From Prorocentrum cordatum (lineage: Eukaryota), in contig CAUYUJ010000240.1 in the NCBI GenBank assembly GCA_963575745.1, positions 1 through 64,000 on the forward strand: a stretch of DNA of 64,000 nucleotides, read 5' to 3'. The first letter of the stretch is position 1, and each line of letters starts with the position of its first letter. The notes under the pieces are model-generated. The model ran no database searches. It was given only the letters and a program-made list of their open reading frames with translations, and was not told where the DNA came from. Made by a program: the position numbers and the translations under genes. Positions 36,318 through 48,392 of this stretch are shown piece after piece.

Positions 36318-36868
36318 CCCCCCCCCCTCCCCTCCTCTCCTCCTCCTCCTCCTCCCCTCCTCCTCCTCCTCCTCCTCCTCCTCCTCCTCCTCCTCCTCCT
36401 CCTCCTCCTCCTCCTCCCTCTCGTCCCCCTCCCCTCCTCCTCCTCGTCCTCCCTCCTCCTCCTCCTCCTCCTCCTCCTCCTCCCCCTCCTCCCTCCTCCC
36501 CCTCCTCCTCCTCCTCCTCTCCTCCTCCTCCTCCTCCTCCTCCTCCTCCTCCTCCTCCTCCTCCTCCTCCTCCTCCTGCTCCTCCTCCTTCCTCCTCCTC
36601 CTCCTCCTCCTCCTCCTCCTGCCTCCTCCTCCTCCTCCTCCTCTCTCCTCCTCCTCCTCCTCCTCCTCCTCCTCCTCCTCCTCCTCCTCCTCCCTCCTCC
36701 TCCTCCTCCTCCTCCTCCTCCTCCTCCTCCTCCTCCTCCTCCTGCCCCTCCTCCTCCTCCTCCTCCTCCTCCTCCTCCTCCTCCTCCTCGATCCTCCTCC
36801 TCCTCCTCCTCCTCCTCCTCCTGCCCCTCCTCCTCCTCCTCCTCCTCCTCCTCCTCCTCCTCCTCCTC
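36318..36868. repeat. (CCT)n microsatellite
   Basis: Seen directly. Confidence 0.95.
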
Positions 36869-39121
36869 GAGGCCGCGGGATGCCTCAGGCAAGGCAGGGC
36901 CGCGGCTGAGCGGTGTGGGAGGAGCGCGTCGCCAGGCGGAGAGGCGGAGTGCAGGAGGCGGCTAATCGCAAGAGTGGTCTCTGGTGCGCGGCTGAGCGGG
37001 GGGCGCGGGGGGCCCACACCTTGGCGCGCAGGCCGCCGCTGCCGCGTCGCGTTCAGCGATCGGGGGACCCCGTTGGGCCCGCACCTTCAGGCTACTCCAG
37101 CGAAAGGTTAGCCGAAGGAGGCGGTGGCAAGAGAGGGGGGAGCATGTCGGCGGTGAGGCGCAGGCGCGGGCGCAGGAACACTCGCGCAAGCTTGTCCCTC
37201 CACCGTCGCGATGGAGCAAACATTTGCCGATTGCTTTTCGTTTTTGTTTTCTGTTTGTCTGTTGTGATGTTTGTTTCCATTTTTTCTGGGCCGAAAATGT
37301 CAAGTTGCACGGAAACGCTACTCAATGTGCTCTAACCCCTCCGTGTAGTCCCGTGTGAGAAACGGGCAGGATTAAGCGGTGCATGAACACCAGGCGTGGT
37401 AAGGAAGCGAGCGTGAAAGCATAAACATAAGGCAGCGCGCAAACGCACAAACGCTCAACTATATAGAGCAACTGTGGCCCGCATGCAAGCGTAAACGCAC
37501 GCAACAGTGCAAACGACTCACGTAGCACACGCCAGCACACTTACGCACGTACGGCAACAGACACGCGAGCATGCTCTTTGGCGTCGCGGCCGCGCGCGCA
37601 GCGGCGCAGCGTAGTGGAGAAGGCGGGAAGTGCAGGAGCGTGGGGACGTGGCCTCACGCTGCACCAGGCGGGAAACACGGTGCTCACAGGTGTTCACCCG
37701 TAGGGCACCACGCTGTGCAAGCGCCTCGCGGAGGGGCATCCGAGGAGGGGGGGCGAGCGGGGGTGGCTGCGCACGGTGCCCACCAGAGGCAGACCGGCGA
37801 GGGGGGGATGCGCGAACAGCGGCCATGGAGCCGACGGCGCTCCGTGGAACGGTAGAGGGACCGCTGTGGCAGTTCGCGTGGCTGGCAAGTGAGGAGTGGT
37901 ACGGACGGGCCTCGGCCAGAAGCACACCCCTCAAGACCATGAGACACTCCGCCAGCCAAAACGCACAGCACATGCAAAGGCACCCTCCCCAGGGTGCACG
38001 AGAGCATCCAACAAACACGAAGAACACGAGGGTATCCTCCTCGAGCCGACCTCGATCTTATATCTCGGTCCAACTGTAGGGGGACGAGGGAGCAACGATC
38101 CAGTGAGGCGAAGCAGGATGCGGCGAGCAGGGCGCTACGACCCACACGAGGGGATCGGCGGCAGGCCGTGGCAAGGCGACGGGCGCAGCAGTACGGCTTG
38201 TCACAGTCCTCCTCGGCGGCGGTGCATCGGCTGTTTCTTGACCGACGGGGCAACACACGAAGAGACAGGCGCAACCACCAACAAACACAAGCGCGCAGCA
38301 TATTGGCCGATTGGCTCTGCTACTCGAAATATCCGTAAGTATTCGTCACGCCTGCACTTGGCATCGCAGCAGCGTCGCATACTCGAGCAGTGGATTGCAA
38401 ATGTCAATATCTGCCCGGGAACTCTCCCTTCCTTCTCTCGTGTCTCCCCTGCACTCTGTCCCCTGCTTCCCACTCTTCCATCCGCTTTATGAATCCTGCT
38501 GCTGGTGCCCAGTGTCTCCGCCAGCCGCCCTTTCACATGCAGACGCGCGCCAAACAACAACATCTCTTATAGCTGGGCTGAACTGCAAACAAAATGGGCA
38601 CGATGCCGTTGGCATGAGCAGCCCAGGTGATGAATTCAACAAATAGGGTGGTGGTGAGGCCAAGAGAGCACTCAGCCGACGTTGCAAAGACAACCCCTCC
38701 CATCCGGCCAGTGCAAGGGGGCAGGCTTCCGACCGAGTCCCTGGAACCCGGCGAAGAAATGCTGGGCGCAAACTTCGAGGGGTGTGTGTGTGTGTGTGCA
38801 TATAATTATATTTGCCCATGGTCGGAGCAAGTGCGAATCGGAGATGAAGAAGGAGATGCCGGAGACCACAGGATAGGGGGCAGAGAGGAGATGATGAAGA
38901 AAACATCAGGAGGCAGAGGAGACGCAAGGAGGAAGGACTGAAAAACCCTCTTCCCCTCATGCTCGCCCTCTCGGTCCCAGCCGTCATCGTCCTTACCTTC
39001 CTCCCCCAGGGCCCTCGGGATCTCCCCACACGCCACGCTGAGGGTCGGCACTTCTGCCCCCTGCCCGCCCGATTACTGGAAATGTTTTCAGGCCCACGTC
39101 GCTGCCCGGCGGCCGTTGCCG

Positions 39122-39266
39122 CCTCCTCCTCATGCTCCTGCTCCTGCTCCTCCTCCTCCTCCTCCTCCTCCTCCCTCTTTTTCCTCCTCCTCCTCCTCCT
39201 CCTCCTCCTCCCCTTTCCTCCTCCTCCCCCTCCTCCCCCTCCTCCTCCTACCAGCCCCCCTCGTCC
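39122..39266. repeat. (CCT)n microsatellite, insertion site of the giant LTR element; continues at 62322-62350
   Basis: Seen directly. Confidence 0.85.
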
Positions 39267-39608
39267 AGTCTTTCCTCTGAGAATCGGGGTAAGATGACAA
39301 AGGGATTAAGATCTCATGTTCACTCTGCTCAGGGAGAGCGGAGGCAGGATTATACATTGATAAGACAGATATCCGTTCAGCTAAACCACTCTATCAGGAA
39401 TAGGAAGGGGGGAGGAAGGCCGAGGACGGACGACGACGAATCGCCCGCGCGCCCCAGCGCGCTCCTTTTCTCTCCTGCCAGCCGAGGTCGGCTGGTTTGA
39501 GCAGTTATACAGTTGCAGAAACGCAGCATCAGTTCACGCGGACAGTTCATTGCATGCAATCTAAGTTGTGTTCTAATTGAGTATGAGGCGGAGAGGAGCA
39601 TATTTACT
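39267..39608 (-). repeat. 3' LTR (AGT...ACT termini)
   Basis: Direct repeat of 61980-62321; contains the hairpin CCAGCCGA-GG-TCGGCTGG. Confidence 0.95.
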
Positions 39609-39618
39609 CCCCCCGCGG
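39609..39618 (-). promoter_or_regulatory. Short polypurine tract (G6) before the 3' LTR
   Basis: Minus strand ...CCGCGGGGGG|AGT. Confidence 0.55.
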
Positions 39619-40026
39619 CGGGCCGCGTAGAGCCCATCCAGCCACAGCACCCCGGGCCTGTAAATTTGCACAACCACCGGAGCCAACCCCCAAAAGCTTT
39701 TACGGCTCAACGGTGGCTGCCAGGGGGCCAAGGGCCGAAGAGGCTCGACGTTTCCAACCACAGATATAAATAGTTTTTCTCCGCTGGACCAGCTTAGCCG
39801 ACCAGTAGAGAGGTCCGCGCCCAGCACGCTTAGCGTGTGGGTAAAGTGTTTGGTGTGCGCATGCCGCGGACGGAGTCGCGCGGGCCGCACTCAGTTGAGG
39901 TCCCCCCACGGATTCCACGAACTCTCTCGCCTTGGCGGCGCCGGAGGCGGCGGGTTTGAAGTCGCCGATCCTCCCGTCTGTACGTCCATGCCACGAGGCG
40001 TGCGAGACCGCCCTCTCTCTCTGTCA

Positions 40027-42674
40027 TTATTTCCAACCTGTGCCGCCTCTCGGCGGGAAATGATGATTATGCCCCCGCTTTGACAGCCAGGTCCAGTAAG
40101 GTAAATTGCACCATTCATCGTTATTAAGCCACGTGATCCTGTTCCGATGGAGGTGATATCCAACAAGGATTCCATTCACGTGGGTCGGGTAGGACTGGTC
40201 AGGGTCGAATGTGGAGCCGTGTCCTGCGGCGCCGCTGGCAGCATCCGAGGCAGCGCCTGCGGCGGCGCCCGCCGCCGCGGGCAGCGCAAGGCCGGCGGCG
40301 TCATCGGCGGCCGCGGCAGAAGCATCATCTATGGCTGCATGGCGCGCGCGTCGCAAATCCGACCGATCCCTCGTGTTGGGATCTTGTAGGTTAGCGTCTC
40401 CGGTCGGCACGGCTGAGCCGGCGACAGAACGTGGGGAACCAGTAGCCTACTCAGACGCCTGAGCATCTGAGATGCCAGGTCGAAGAGACGGCGTGCGAGA
40501 CAAAGGTCTTGCCTTTGGTCCAGCAGGCACACGTGGCCCCACGATCTCGGCTTCGCCGTCGTGCTCAGGGCCATTATCCCTACCGTTCATAAATTGCAGT
40601 ATACTTCTGGCAGCAGTTGCTGCAGTGACACCATATAGTCCGCATGAAGTGCGGAAAGGGCCATCTTCCTTGTCCTGAAGAACGGTGCTGGGGTCAGGAT
40701 ACTTATCCTGTAGCCAAGTTATGGCTTCTTGTATTATAGCACCGTGGTGACGGACGTCATTCTGTACTGTCCTGCCCATCTTGTGGGCCCATGTTTCTAT
40801 AATGTCGTCTGTCTCAACAGCCGCGCGAATTCGGCAGTCCAAGGCATATGCGTCGGTTCGTTTCTTTGATTCAATTTCATCCGTGCTCATCATTTCGGGA
40901 CGAATGATTCGCCCCGGGTACCAATAAAGTGGTCCTCCGATATGAAATAGCTGATTATCTCATGAATAATTGCGAAAATCCTTATGGGTCGAAGGCCCAG
41001 TTCCATATTTTGTGATGTTACTAACCAATTGTCATCCACTATTTTCTTGATGATCGCCGGGATCGCATAGTCTGCCGTTCCAGTCAGGGTAACCCTGCAG
41101 GGTGTAGTAGGGCTTATTCCCGTGTGTTCAATTATGCAATGAGCGGCAACCTCTCGAACCTCGTCCCCGAACAATCTTATTTTAATCAGACGGTCCTCAT
41201 GCTGAAAGTACACGTGTCCCTCAGGTTCGTCAAATGCGAGGAGTCCGTCAGTTATCGACGCGGCCTTCGGCCCGCTGATTACTTTGAGGTCCAAATCCAT
41301 TTGTGTCTGTTCCCGTGCCCTCGCGGCTGAGCCGGAGGCATGTCGCAGCGCGGGAATTATAAGACGATGGTCCCGACACATGCCGACCCGTCTTGCAACG
41401 GAGTGAGAACTGCGAGTCGGTCGCGCTCTAAAATTGTTCTCCCAGGCGACCAGTAACCTCGCAGGAGGGTTGTCGTTGTTGGCGTTGTTTCCAGTATCTT
41501 CAGGAAATACGCCGAACCATGACATGTCAAACTGCATGGCATCATCTACTGTGGCAAGTGTAGGAACAAAGAGGTTTGCTCTCCTCATTTTGTTGAACCA
41601 TTGTGCCCAGCCAGTCCTAGGTGTGATCAAGTCATCTGGTTCATCAGGCCAGTGACATGCTTGTAGTGCCGGGCAGGATCTGGGGCGGGCGTACTGATCA
41701 AAACCAGTCGCCCACAATTTTGGCCACCATTTGTTAATGGGCGGGGTTCGCCTGTGTACATTTGTGGCCGAGTGTTCTTGCCACGATATAAATCTCTTGA
41801 CCAGAGGCCTTGAGTATTCAAAGAAAGGAGCATGTCGCGCCGGAGGCTGAGCCTCGGCGTTCTCTGGGATCCAAGCTGGAAAGTTTCCCTGCTGACTGTT
41901 GCCAAATATTGTGCCAGCAGCCGCCATTGTGGCAAAGCTGGTTTCCCATTGTCGCTCCTGCTGATTGTTGTTGGCGACGTTTTTCGCAACGTTAGCAGAA
42001 GCTCTCCCTTGTCTCCTTATCCGCGCCTCCATGTATACACGACGATCCCATGACAGAGATCCTTCGTCCTCCACAATTATCCAAATACCATGTGCCTCAA
42101 GGGATTGCGGGATAGTTTTGTACTTCCATGTCTGGGTGATGTAATCATGTGAGATCCTATATTTATATCGGATTGGGCAATTACAGACGGGACAATTGGC
42201 AAAACCCGTCCTCACCCAGTGGTAACGGAAGCAAAGGAATCTCCCATCGTCATCCCACGGGGTAGATAGAATTCGATCTTGAATCGAGCTATCCAATCTT
42301 GGTTCGTGTTCCCAATTAATAATCAGTCTCTCGTCTGTATTAACCCAGGCAATAATCGACGCGTTGTCGAAGATGACCTCGTGCGAAGATAATTCGCGGT
42401 CAAAGAGTACCGTCCAGCGCATCTGATTCATCTGCCTCACGAGCGAGACGGCTTTGTCGATGTCTGTGAATCTCGGTACCTCCCGGGGCACCAATGTCCC
42501 GTCTGGGCATACTCTGTACGAGAAGCGGGTGAGTACTCTGCCGGTGAAAACAAGGATCATATCCCATTGTTCATGATGCTTGAGGTTGGGGAGACATGGC
42601 CAGAGGTGGCGTATGTCTTCCACGTTCAAGGTGCCCACCTTTGGCGGCTTCCCATCCCGAGCCTGGTTGCCCAT
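40027..42674 (-). CDS. Distal cargo ORFs (40890-42674, 40447-40893, 40027-40410); CxxC ribbon, otherwise unknown
   Basis: Abutting co-oriented ORFs up to ~400 nt from the PPT; CPVCNCP motif. Confidence 0.55.
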
Positions 42675-43300
42675 AGATGCTACGGTTTTTATGGTGGGCG
42701 CTTGTCCATATCTCCTTTGGCTTAGCCACGGAGGAAAATCCGAGGGTTAGACATAGTTGGGCAGTTGTGTGCCGGAAGCAAACGCAATGAATCGTAACCT
42801 ACGGCATGACACAGCCCAGAATTGCCCTTTGGAAAGCAAACATTTCCACTCGTAGACTCCAAAAATGCCTGTAGGCTCGTAATCTGTAGAAGAGATCCGC
42901 GACTCCTGACTTGGCCAGGGCCGCACGGGACATACATTCTTTCAATCGAAGCGGTAAACGTTGAATGCCCCTGACATGCCCTATAGAATATCGATATGGG
43001 CATTTCTCTTCCATTGATCTCTTGTAGAGATCTTTTATTGTGTTTGTCCCACAGAGCGTGGATTAGTGTTCCAGCAATATTGGGGCTGTCTTTGGGGGAA
43101 ATCCCCAGAACATCGGTCGTCCCTGCCGGCAACGCAGCTAAGCTGTGCGCAGCCAAGGCGTACCATTGGAAAGTAAAACCGTCATCATATAACTCCTGCA
43201 CCAGGTCCCCAAAATAGACCCAGCCTCCTGACGATCTAGCATAATCCGAACAGTGCCTCGCGATGTATACAGCACATTGGCCTATTATTTATTTTGGCCA
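42440..43300 (-). pseudogene. Tpt1/KptA (NAD-dependent RNA 2'-phosphotransferase)-like domain, split by frameshifts
   Basis: Manual translation upstream of ORF 42722-43201 gives VYIARH...GGWVYFGDLV, followed by HNKRSLQ and the signature YRACQGHS. The C-lobe-like DMILVF...YRVCPDGTLV...IDKAV lies at the start of ORF 40890-42674. Confidence 0.7.
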
Positions 43301-44458
43301 AATCATCCGCTCGGAAACTCAGGCCGCTCCAGGTGCCCGAACTGCCTAAGACAGCCGGGTTTTCACCGTCATCTTCTCCAACTAAAAGTGGCCGCAAGCA
43401 CGAATAGGCGCCTGGAGAAAATCCATCAGGACAATCATCGGACTGAAATTCGGCTCTCATATAATCCCTTGCATACGCGAAAGATCCGTCGTCTTGATTG
43501 AGACCTGCCAATATAGCAAATATTGGATCTTCCACAAATTCTGCCATGTATCTAAGCGTAATTCCCGATTGTTTACGGATGGCTTCGACGTTAGGTGGTA
43601 CAGGGCCCGTAATATGGGCGTCCTGGAGCATCTGCTTTAGAGGCCCAGGCGTAGCCTGAAGTATGCGATGGCGTTCGTCTGTTGTCGCATACAATCGTTT
43701 CTCCTTAAATTCAGCAGCATGCCCCACCGTTACATCTCGGTCCCCATCGTAAGGGTCCCTATACTGCGGCCGTCCCTGCCTTTTATCTGGAGTAGGCGGA
43801 AGGCGCAATCTTCGGAACATATTCGTAGACGCCGGTCCATGTGGAAGAGCTTCATCATCCATTGACTCCAGAAATTGAGGATCTTTCTCGCGCGGATACT
43901 TTGAGCAAGAGTCCTCCGATTCTGCGTCCATTTCTTGTACTTCCGGGTGGCCTGAGGCCCCCGGTGGCGACGGGGCTCGGCCTTTAGGAACGTGTTTTGT
44001 CCCATCATCGTTAATATGTGATGCTCCCTCGTCCGACGGCACTTGCGTCGGACTCTCGATTGCTCATCTTGCGCATCACGGCGGCTCTCTCGTTCCGCTC
44101 CGGCTGAGCCGGGCGGAAGGGCAAGAGGAGTAGGCACTCTGACCATGCTCCCAGAACCTTCTGCCTTTTTACGTCGTGACCATCGAGGTCCGTCCGCTAT
44201 CATCGGAGTGCGCACAAAATTGCTGTCCACCTTCAAAATTTTTTTTCGACGATAGCATTTGCAAAATCATTCCACGCGGGGGAGTGTGTGTTTAGCTGCT
44301 CCAGCTCATCTGGTATACTTATATCGTAAATGGTTTCGCTGCCTTGATGTACGATGCAGCAGCAACTCTGAACCTTTTCATCAGAGCAGTGTTGTCCCGG
44401 GCGTCATCTGCTCTCGATTGTAGCCCTCGCAAGTGGTGAAAGAAGTCTTTTCCATTTC

Positions 44459-46177
44459 TCAGCGCTGAACTGGATTTTGGGCATTCAAAATACAAGCACG
44501 AGACATATTAATTGTCATTATGATGGTAGTAAAATCATCATCTCCTTCCAAGTCAGGTGAATGCAGAGATGAATGGCCCCCGTCCGACTGAGCCGTGGGG
44601 CTAACGTCGCGCATGTTCGGTACATCGTCGTTTCCATCTCTTTCAGGAACACCAGCATCGTCAGAGGCCGCCTTCGCCTCTGTAGGTGTAGCATGCGCAG
44701 ACCGGGATCGTTCACCCGCGGGACCGCCATCGCCACGAGGCGGGTCGTCCCGGCGCCTGGTCCAACTGGGTGCCTGCTTGGAAGGTGCTTGCTTAGAGCG
44801 AAGCTCATTTGTCTGAGGACTCCGAGTAACAGACGAGGAGCCAGAAACGTTGGCCCCGGCGAATAAATTTAATTCTGACGGAAGATCAGCAACGCTCGGC
44901 CTCCAAGGTCTGCTACCAACTGCATCTGAGCCACTCGACTTAGCCGGTGGCTGGGCAGTCATAGAAGTATCGGGATCTCCATCATACCGAGGCATCTTCG
45001 CTGGCGGTTGACCTAAGTTCTCCGGCCTGGGATCGGTCCTCGGGGGGGGAGCCTTCTCGGTTGAAACCTCTTTCGCAGGTGGAGCACGCGTCTGCTTAGT
45101 AACATTCGGCCGCTGTTCCGGAGGACTCGATGGAATGCGAATCGCTGGCGGAGCCTTCTCGGCAGGAATCTCTTTCGGTCCACCAGGAGGAGGAGGAACA
45201 GGGGGCCGACTAGCAGCCCTCGGGGGCGGTGCCTTGTAGGCCCTCTCGGGCTTCGCAGGCGCCCTTCCAAGATCAGGGAAGTCCTTTTTATCAATTGAAA
45301 ACGGAATGCCGGGCGGCTTAGCCGCCGGCAGCACCTTTTCGCCCCCCTCAGCTGCCCTCTCTTTCTCCTTTGCAATCTGCTCGACCAACTGAACTGATCT
45401 ATCCGAGGCCTCGCCCCTCTGTATGGGGTGAATCTTGGTCAGCCTGACTCCTTTGTCTTGGAGCCACGGCCAAATATCATCATATTTTTCTTCGTATGTT
45501 TCGCCTGCTCCCCTCAAATCGGGGCGCGCCCCCTTCTGCCATTCGAAGGAAGTCAAGCCAGGGACCCGAGCCTTTCGAGCATCGCGGACTTTGTCCGTGC
45601 GCTGGGTCCGTTCCGGGGCTCGGCGCCTTTCAAACTCAAAGTCCACCTCCAGGTTCCATCCTTTATCTCTGGCAATATGCAGCAAATGCGCCCATCCTTG
45701 AGTAAGCCACGCGGCTGCTGCAGTCCAACGATAGAGCCTCAACTCGTATAAAGTGTCAGTCTCTGGATTGCTCACGTATTGAGTCGGTGATCCTCTATTG
45801 GATTTGGTCGTCTTGGCATAGTAAACAATCTCGGCCGTGACCCAAATGCCGTCTCCAAAGGTCTCCTCCACAATGGAGTAGGTGGTGCGAGTGCTGGGAT
45901 TGTCAGTACATGGGAACGAGTACACCCCAACCGCATGTGTCTTCACGCTTCCGCCGTATCGAGGATTTGACGGAAGCAATTGATGTCCCTCCAAAATAGC
46001 ATGACATGTTGACACTGACGTGCCATGCGACTGCTTTGTCCAGCTGGTGGATGGGTCTGAGACCTCCGCAAGCTTATCTTTTGTCAGGAAGAAAGGCAGC
46101 GCTAATTCGACGCAATGGGCTTTGCCCACGTTGTGGGATGTCAACCTCAAATCTGCCCAATTAAAGCGATCGGCCAC
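44459..46177 (-). CDS. Cargo ORF with N-terminal PARP-like (H-Y-x) ADP-ribosyltransferase domain and Pro-rich tail
   Basis: WTKQSHGT...AILEGHQLLPS...GVYSFP...TTYS...QYVSNP (nt ~45720-46050). Confidence 0.6.
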   Translation of the reverse strand: MADRFNWADLRLTSHNVGKAHCVELALPFFLTKDKLAEVSDPSTSWTKQSHGTSVSTCHAILEGHQLLPSNPRYGGSVKTHAVGVYSFPCTDNPSTRTTYSIVEETFGDGIWVTAEIVYYAKTTKSNRGSPTQYVSNPETDTLYELRLYRWTAAAAWLTQGWAHLLHIARDKGWNLEVDFEFERRRAPERTQRTDKVRDARKARVPGLTSFEWQKGARPDLRGAGETYEEKYDDIWPWLQDKGVRLTKIHPIQRGEASDRSVQLVEQIAKEKERAAEGGEKVLPAAKPPGIPFSIDKKDFPDLGRAPAKPERAYKAPPPRAASRPPVPPPPGGPKEIPAEKAPPAIRIPSSPPEQRPNVTKQTRAPPAKEVSTEKAPPPRTDPRPENLGQPPAKMPRYDGDPDTSMTAQPPAKSSGSDAVGSRPWRPSVADLPSELNLFAGANVSGSSSVTRSPQTNELRSKQAPSKQAPSWTRRRDDPPRGDGGPAGERSRSAHATPTEAKAASDDAGVPERDGNDDVPNMRDVSPTAQSDGGHSSLHSPDLEGDDDFTTIIMTINMSRACILNAQNPVQR

Positions 46178-47360
46178 GGAGGCATTCAGCGTTCGTATCG
46201 ACCTGTCCGCTTTGACCCTGAAGAAGCGAGCTCAGTTCGGCACTAGATAGTTCTTGGTCATCGGTGGAAATCTCGTCGTTGGCTGGAGCATCTGGTAGGC
46301 AAGCCACACTGGGCTGCTCGCATCTTTTAGAATCGTTTTCCGTTCCGAGCTGTGAGGTGGATCTCTTCCCTCGGCGACCTCAGCAGCTCGCCCCTCTTCG
46401 CCTGGGTATACATTGGACGGCATCATGCCCCGGTGAAGTTTGTCGCTGGCGACCGTTAATGGGCAGAGCACATTACGACGAGCGACCTCATCCGTCTTTG
46501 CATCTTTTTTTCTGCAGATTCTTTATCTGCTGATACTCCATATGGATCGGCCACAAACATTCTTCCTCTCCAGGGCATCCTTCTTTCGCCCCCCTTGGAA
46601 ACTTGCTCTTTTGCTACACTAATCAAAGACAACCTACCCTCGGGGCAGTTCTCCCGAATGGTCCGTCAGCTGTTTCCCCAGGGGGTTCGATATCCTTGAT
46701 ATTGGTCGCAGGAGCCAACGGAGGGGTGCGCGGCGACTGAGCCGTCATTGCGCTAGAACCAGAGCCCGTTCCGGCTGGGCCGACGGGTTTGGCCTTGTCA
46801 GTTGCGGCAACAATGCCGGGCTGGCCGGTCAAAACTTTAGTATATACAGGGGCCGCAGTGTCACCTGGCGCTGCACTGCTCGCCGCAACGGCTCAGCCGC
46901 TCGGTATCGCCGTTGGCGATGCTTTGTTGAGTTCCTTGAGTACGGCACGCATTGGCTCATCATCCTGGACTCCCTCGGTCGCTGGTCTCTGGGTCTCCCC
47001 CCTCGGTGGCATTCCAGGACGGAAGACTTCTCCTCGGGGCAAAAAGTAAGCATCATCTTTCCGTAGGAAGAAGTCCTCATAGACACCTCCCCTTTTAAGG
47101 AAGCCTTTAGATTCATTTGAATGGAGCGAGTATCTAGCACTGCCTCCAGTTCCGTTCGAAACGACAGGGAAGCGTTCGTCGGTCAGTCTTTCCTTGAATG
47201 GGAGCGCGCCAAGTATCGACCTTGGAATGCTACCTTCTGTGGGGGACCAGTCCTGCCAATGCATGATAAGATCTTGGACGTTCGCCTCCTGTTGGGCGTA
47301 CTAGTCCTCCCTCACCAGACAGGTTATGCGGCCTTCCCCGACGGCTGAGCCGCAGGCAGG

Positions 47361-48392
47361 CTAACAGAAAAACAGCACAGCCAGTTTGGCCAGTTTAATC
47401 ATGTATTCGACACACAATTCCGCGGCAAGGACCTTTCGGGATTTTCCCCCGTCAAACACTTGATAGTCATCATGGGAAGCACAGAAATGGAAAGCATCCT
47501 CATTGCGGTGCCTAAGCTGGCGGCATAGGCTGACACCGTCGAGGATCATTACTCTGGGGAACAATCCTATCGTTTTAAAGTGTTCAATCCGACGGTTCAT
47601 TCTGGCTCGGACCATAGTGGCAACATCGCCCCACATCGGGCCGACGCCGTCCTCACCTATTTGCCAAAACGTCGAGTCCCCGCCGACGTACATTATGTCA
47701 GTAATCCCCTGTTGGGACCGTTTCATTATGTCGTCGATCAAATCCACGGCGTCCTTTATCATCTCCCTGATGCTCCCTGCGAAAGTAAACGGGTTGTCAG
47801 TTCTTTTGACTCCACTGCCTACTCCGTTCAATTTGCCCGATTGGTCAACAATGTCGTTGAGATTCCAGAAAGTGAAGCGAATTGGGGTGTGGGTCCCTTC
47901 ATTATAATACCATTGTTTGCCCCACTGAAAGTTCGCGGAGTCGGCGGCAATACCGTTGAGTGGTGCTCCACTCTTGGCCGACTGTGCGCTTCCAAATGCC
48001 GGATTTCGCAGGTGATATTCAGGCATAAGGCTCGGCTTAGGCGCCCCTGGTGCGTCCTTGAACGCAATTGTGGAGTCAGACACGATATGTACGGAACATG
48101 ACCAACTACGATAAGTCCCATTCTTCATCTGGGTCAGAGGCCGGAAGAAGTCCGTCACAGATTTCCCCGTGGACGACATAGTGGCGAGGTCTTCTCCGGT
48201 GAATGGAATCCACGAGTGACCATGAACCTCGGCGATCTTTGTAATCGCCTGACATTTCTCGGCAAAATCCATGTTACCTGACCAGAATCTCAATTTTGGG
48301 TCCGTGACTTCCATATAAAGGTCCAGGATTTCGCCCACTATTACTCGCCATCCATCCCGGGGGGGCGGAACACGCCCAAAGCCCCCTTTCAC
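47361..48392 (-). CDS. Cargo ORF with SGNH/GDSL-hydrolase-like domain
   Basis: VHIVSDS (block I), AKSGA (II), WNLND (III) and DAFHF (V), in the correct order and with plausible spacing. Confidence 0.6.
   Translation of the reverse strand: MKGGFGRVPPPRDGWRVIVGEILDLYMEVTDPKLRFWSGNMDFAEKCQAITKIAEVHGHSWIPFTGEDLATMSSTGKSVTDFFRPLTQMKNGTYRSWSCSVHIVSDSTIAFKDAPGAPKPSLMPEYHLRNPAFGSAQSAKSGAPLNGIAADSANFQWGKQWYYNEGTHTPIRFTFWNLNDIVDQSGKLNGVGSGVKRTDNPFTFAGSIREMIKDAVDLIDDIMKRSQQGITDIMYVGGDSTFWQIGEDGVGPMWGDVATMVRARMNRRIEHFKTIGLFPRVMILDGVSLCRQLRHRNEDAFHFCASHDDYQVFDGGKSRKVLAAELCVEYMIKLAKLAVLFFC

Noticed and set aside
35202..37111. Long poly-P/L/E/G ORFs (up to 587 aa)
   Set aside because: Open only because of the stop-free CCT repeat and high GC content.
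38567..38700. Minus-strand exon-like frame VVFATSAECSLGLTTTLFVEF...
   Set aside because: No convincing donor site and no recognisable homology.
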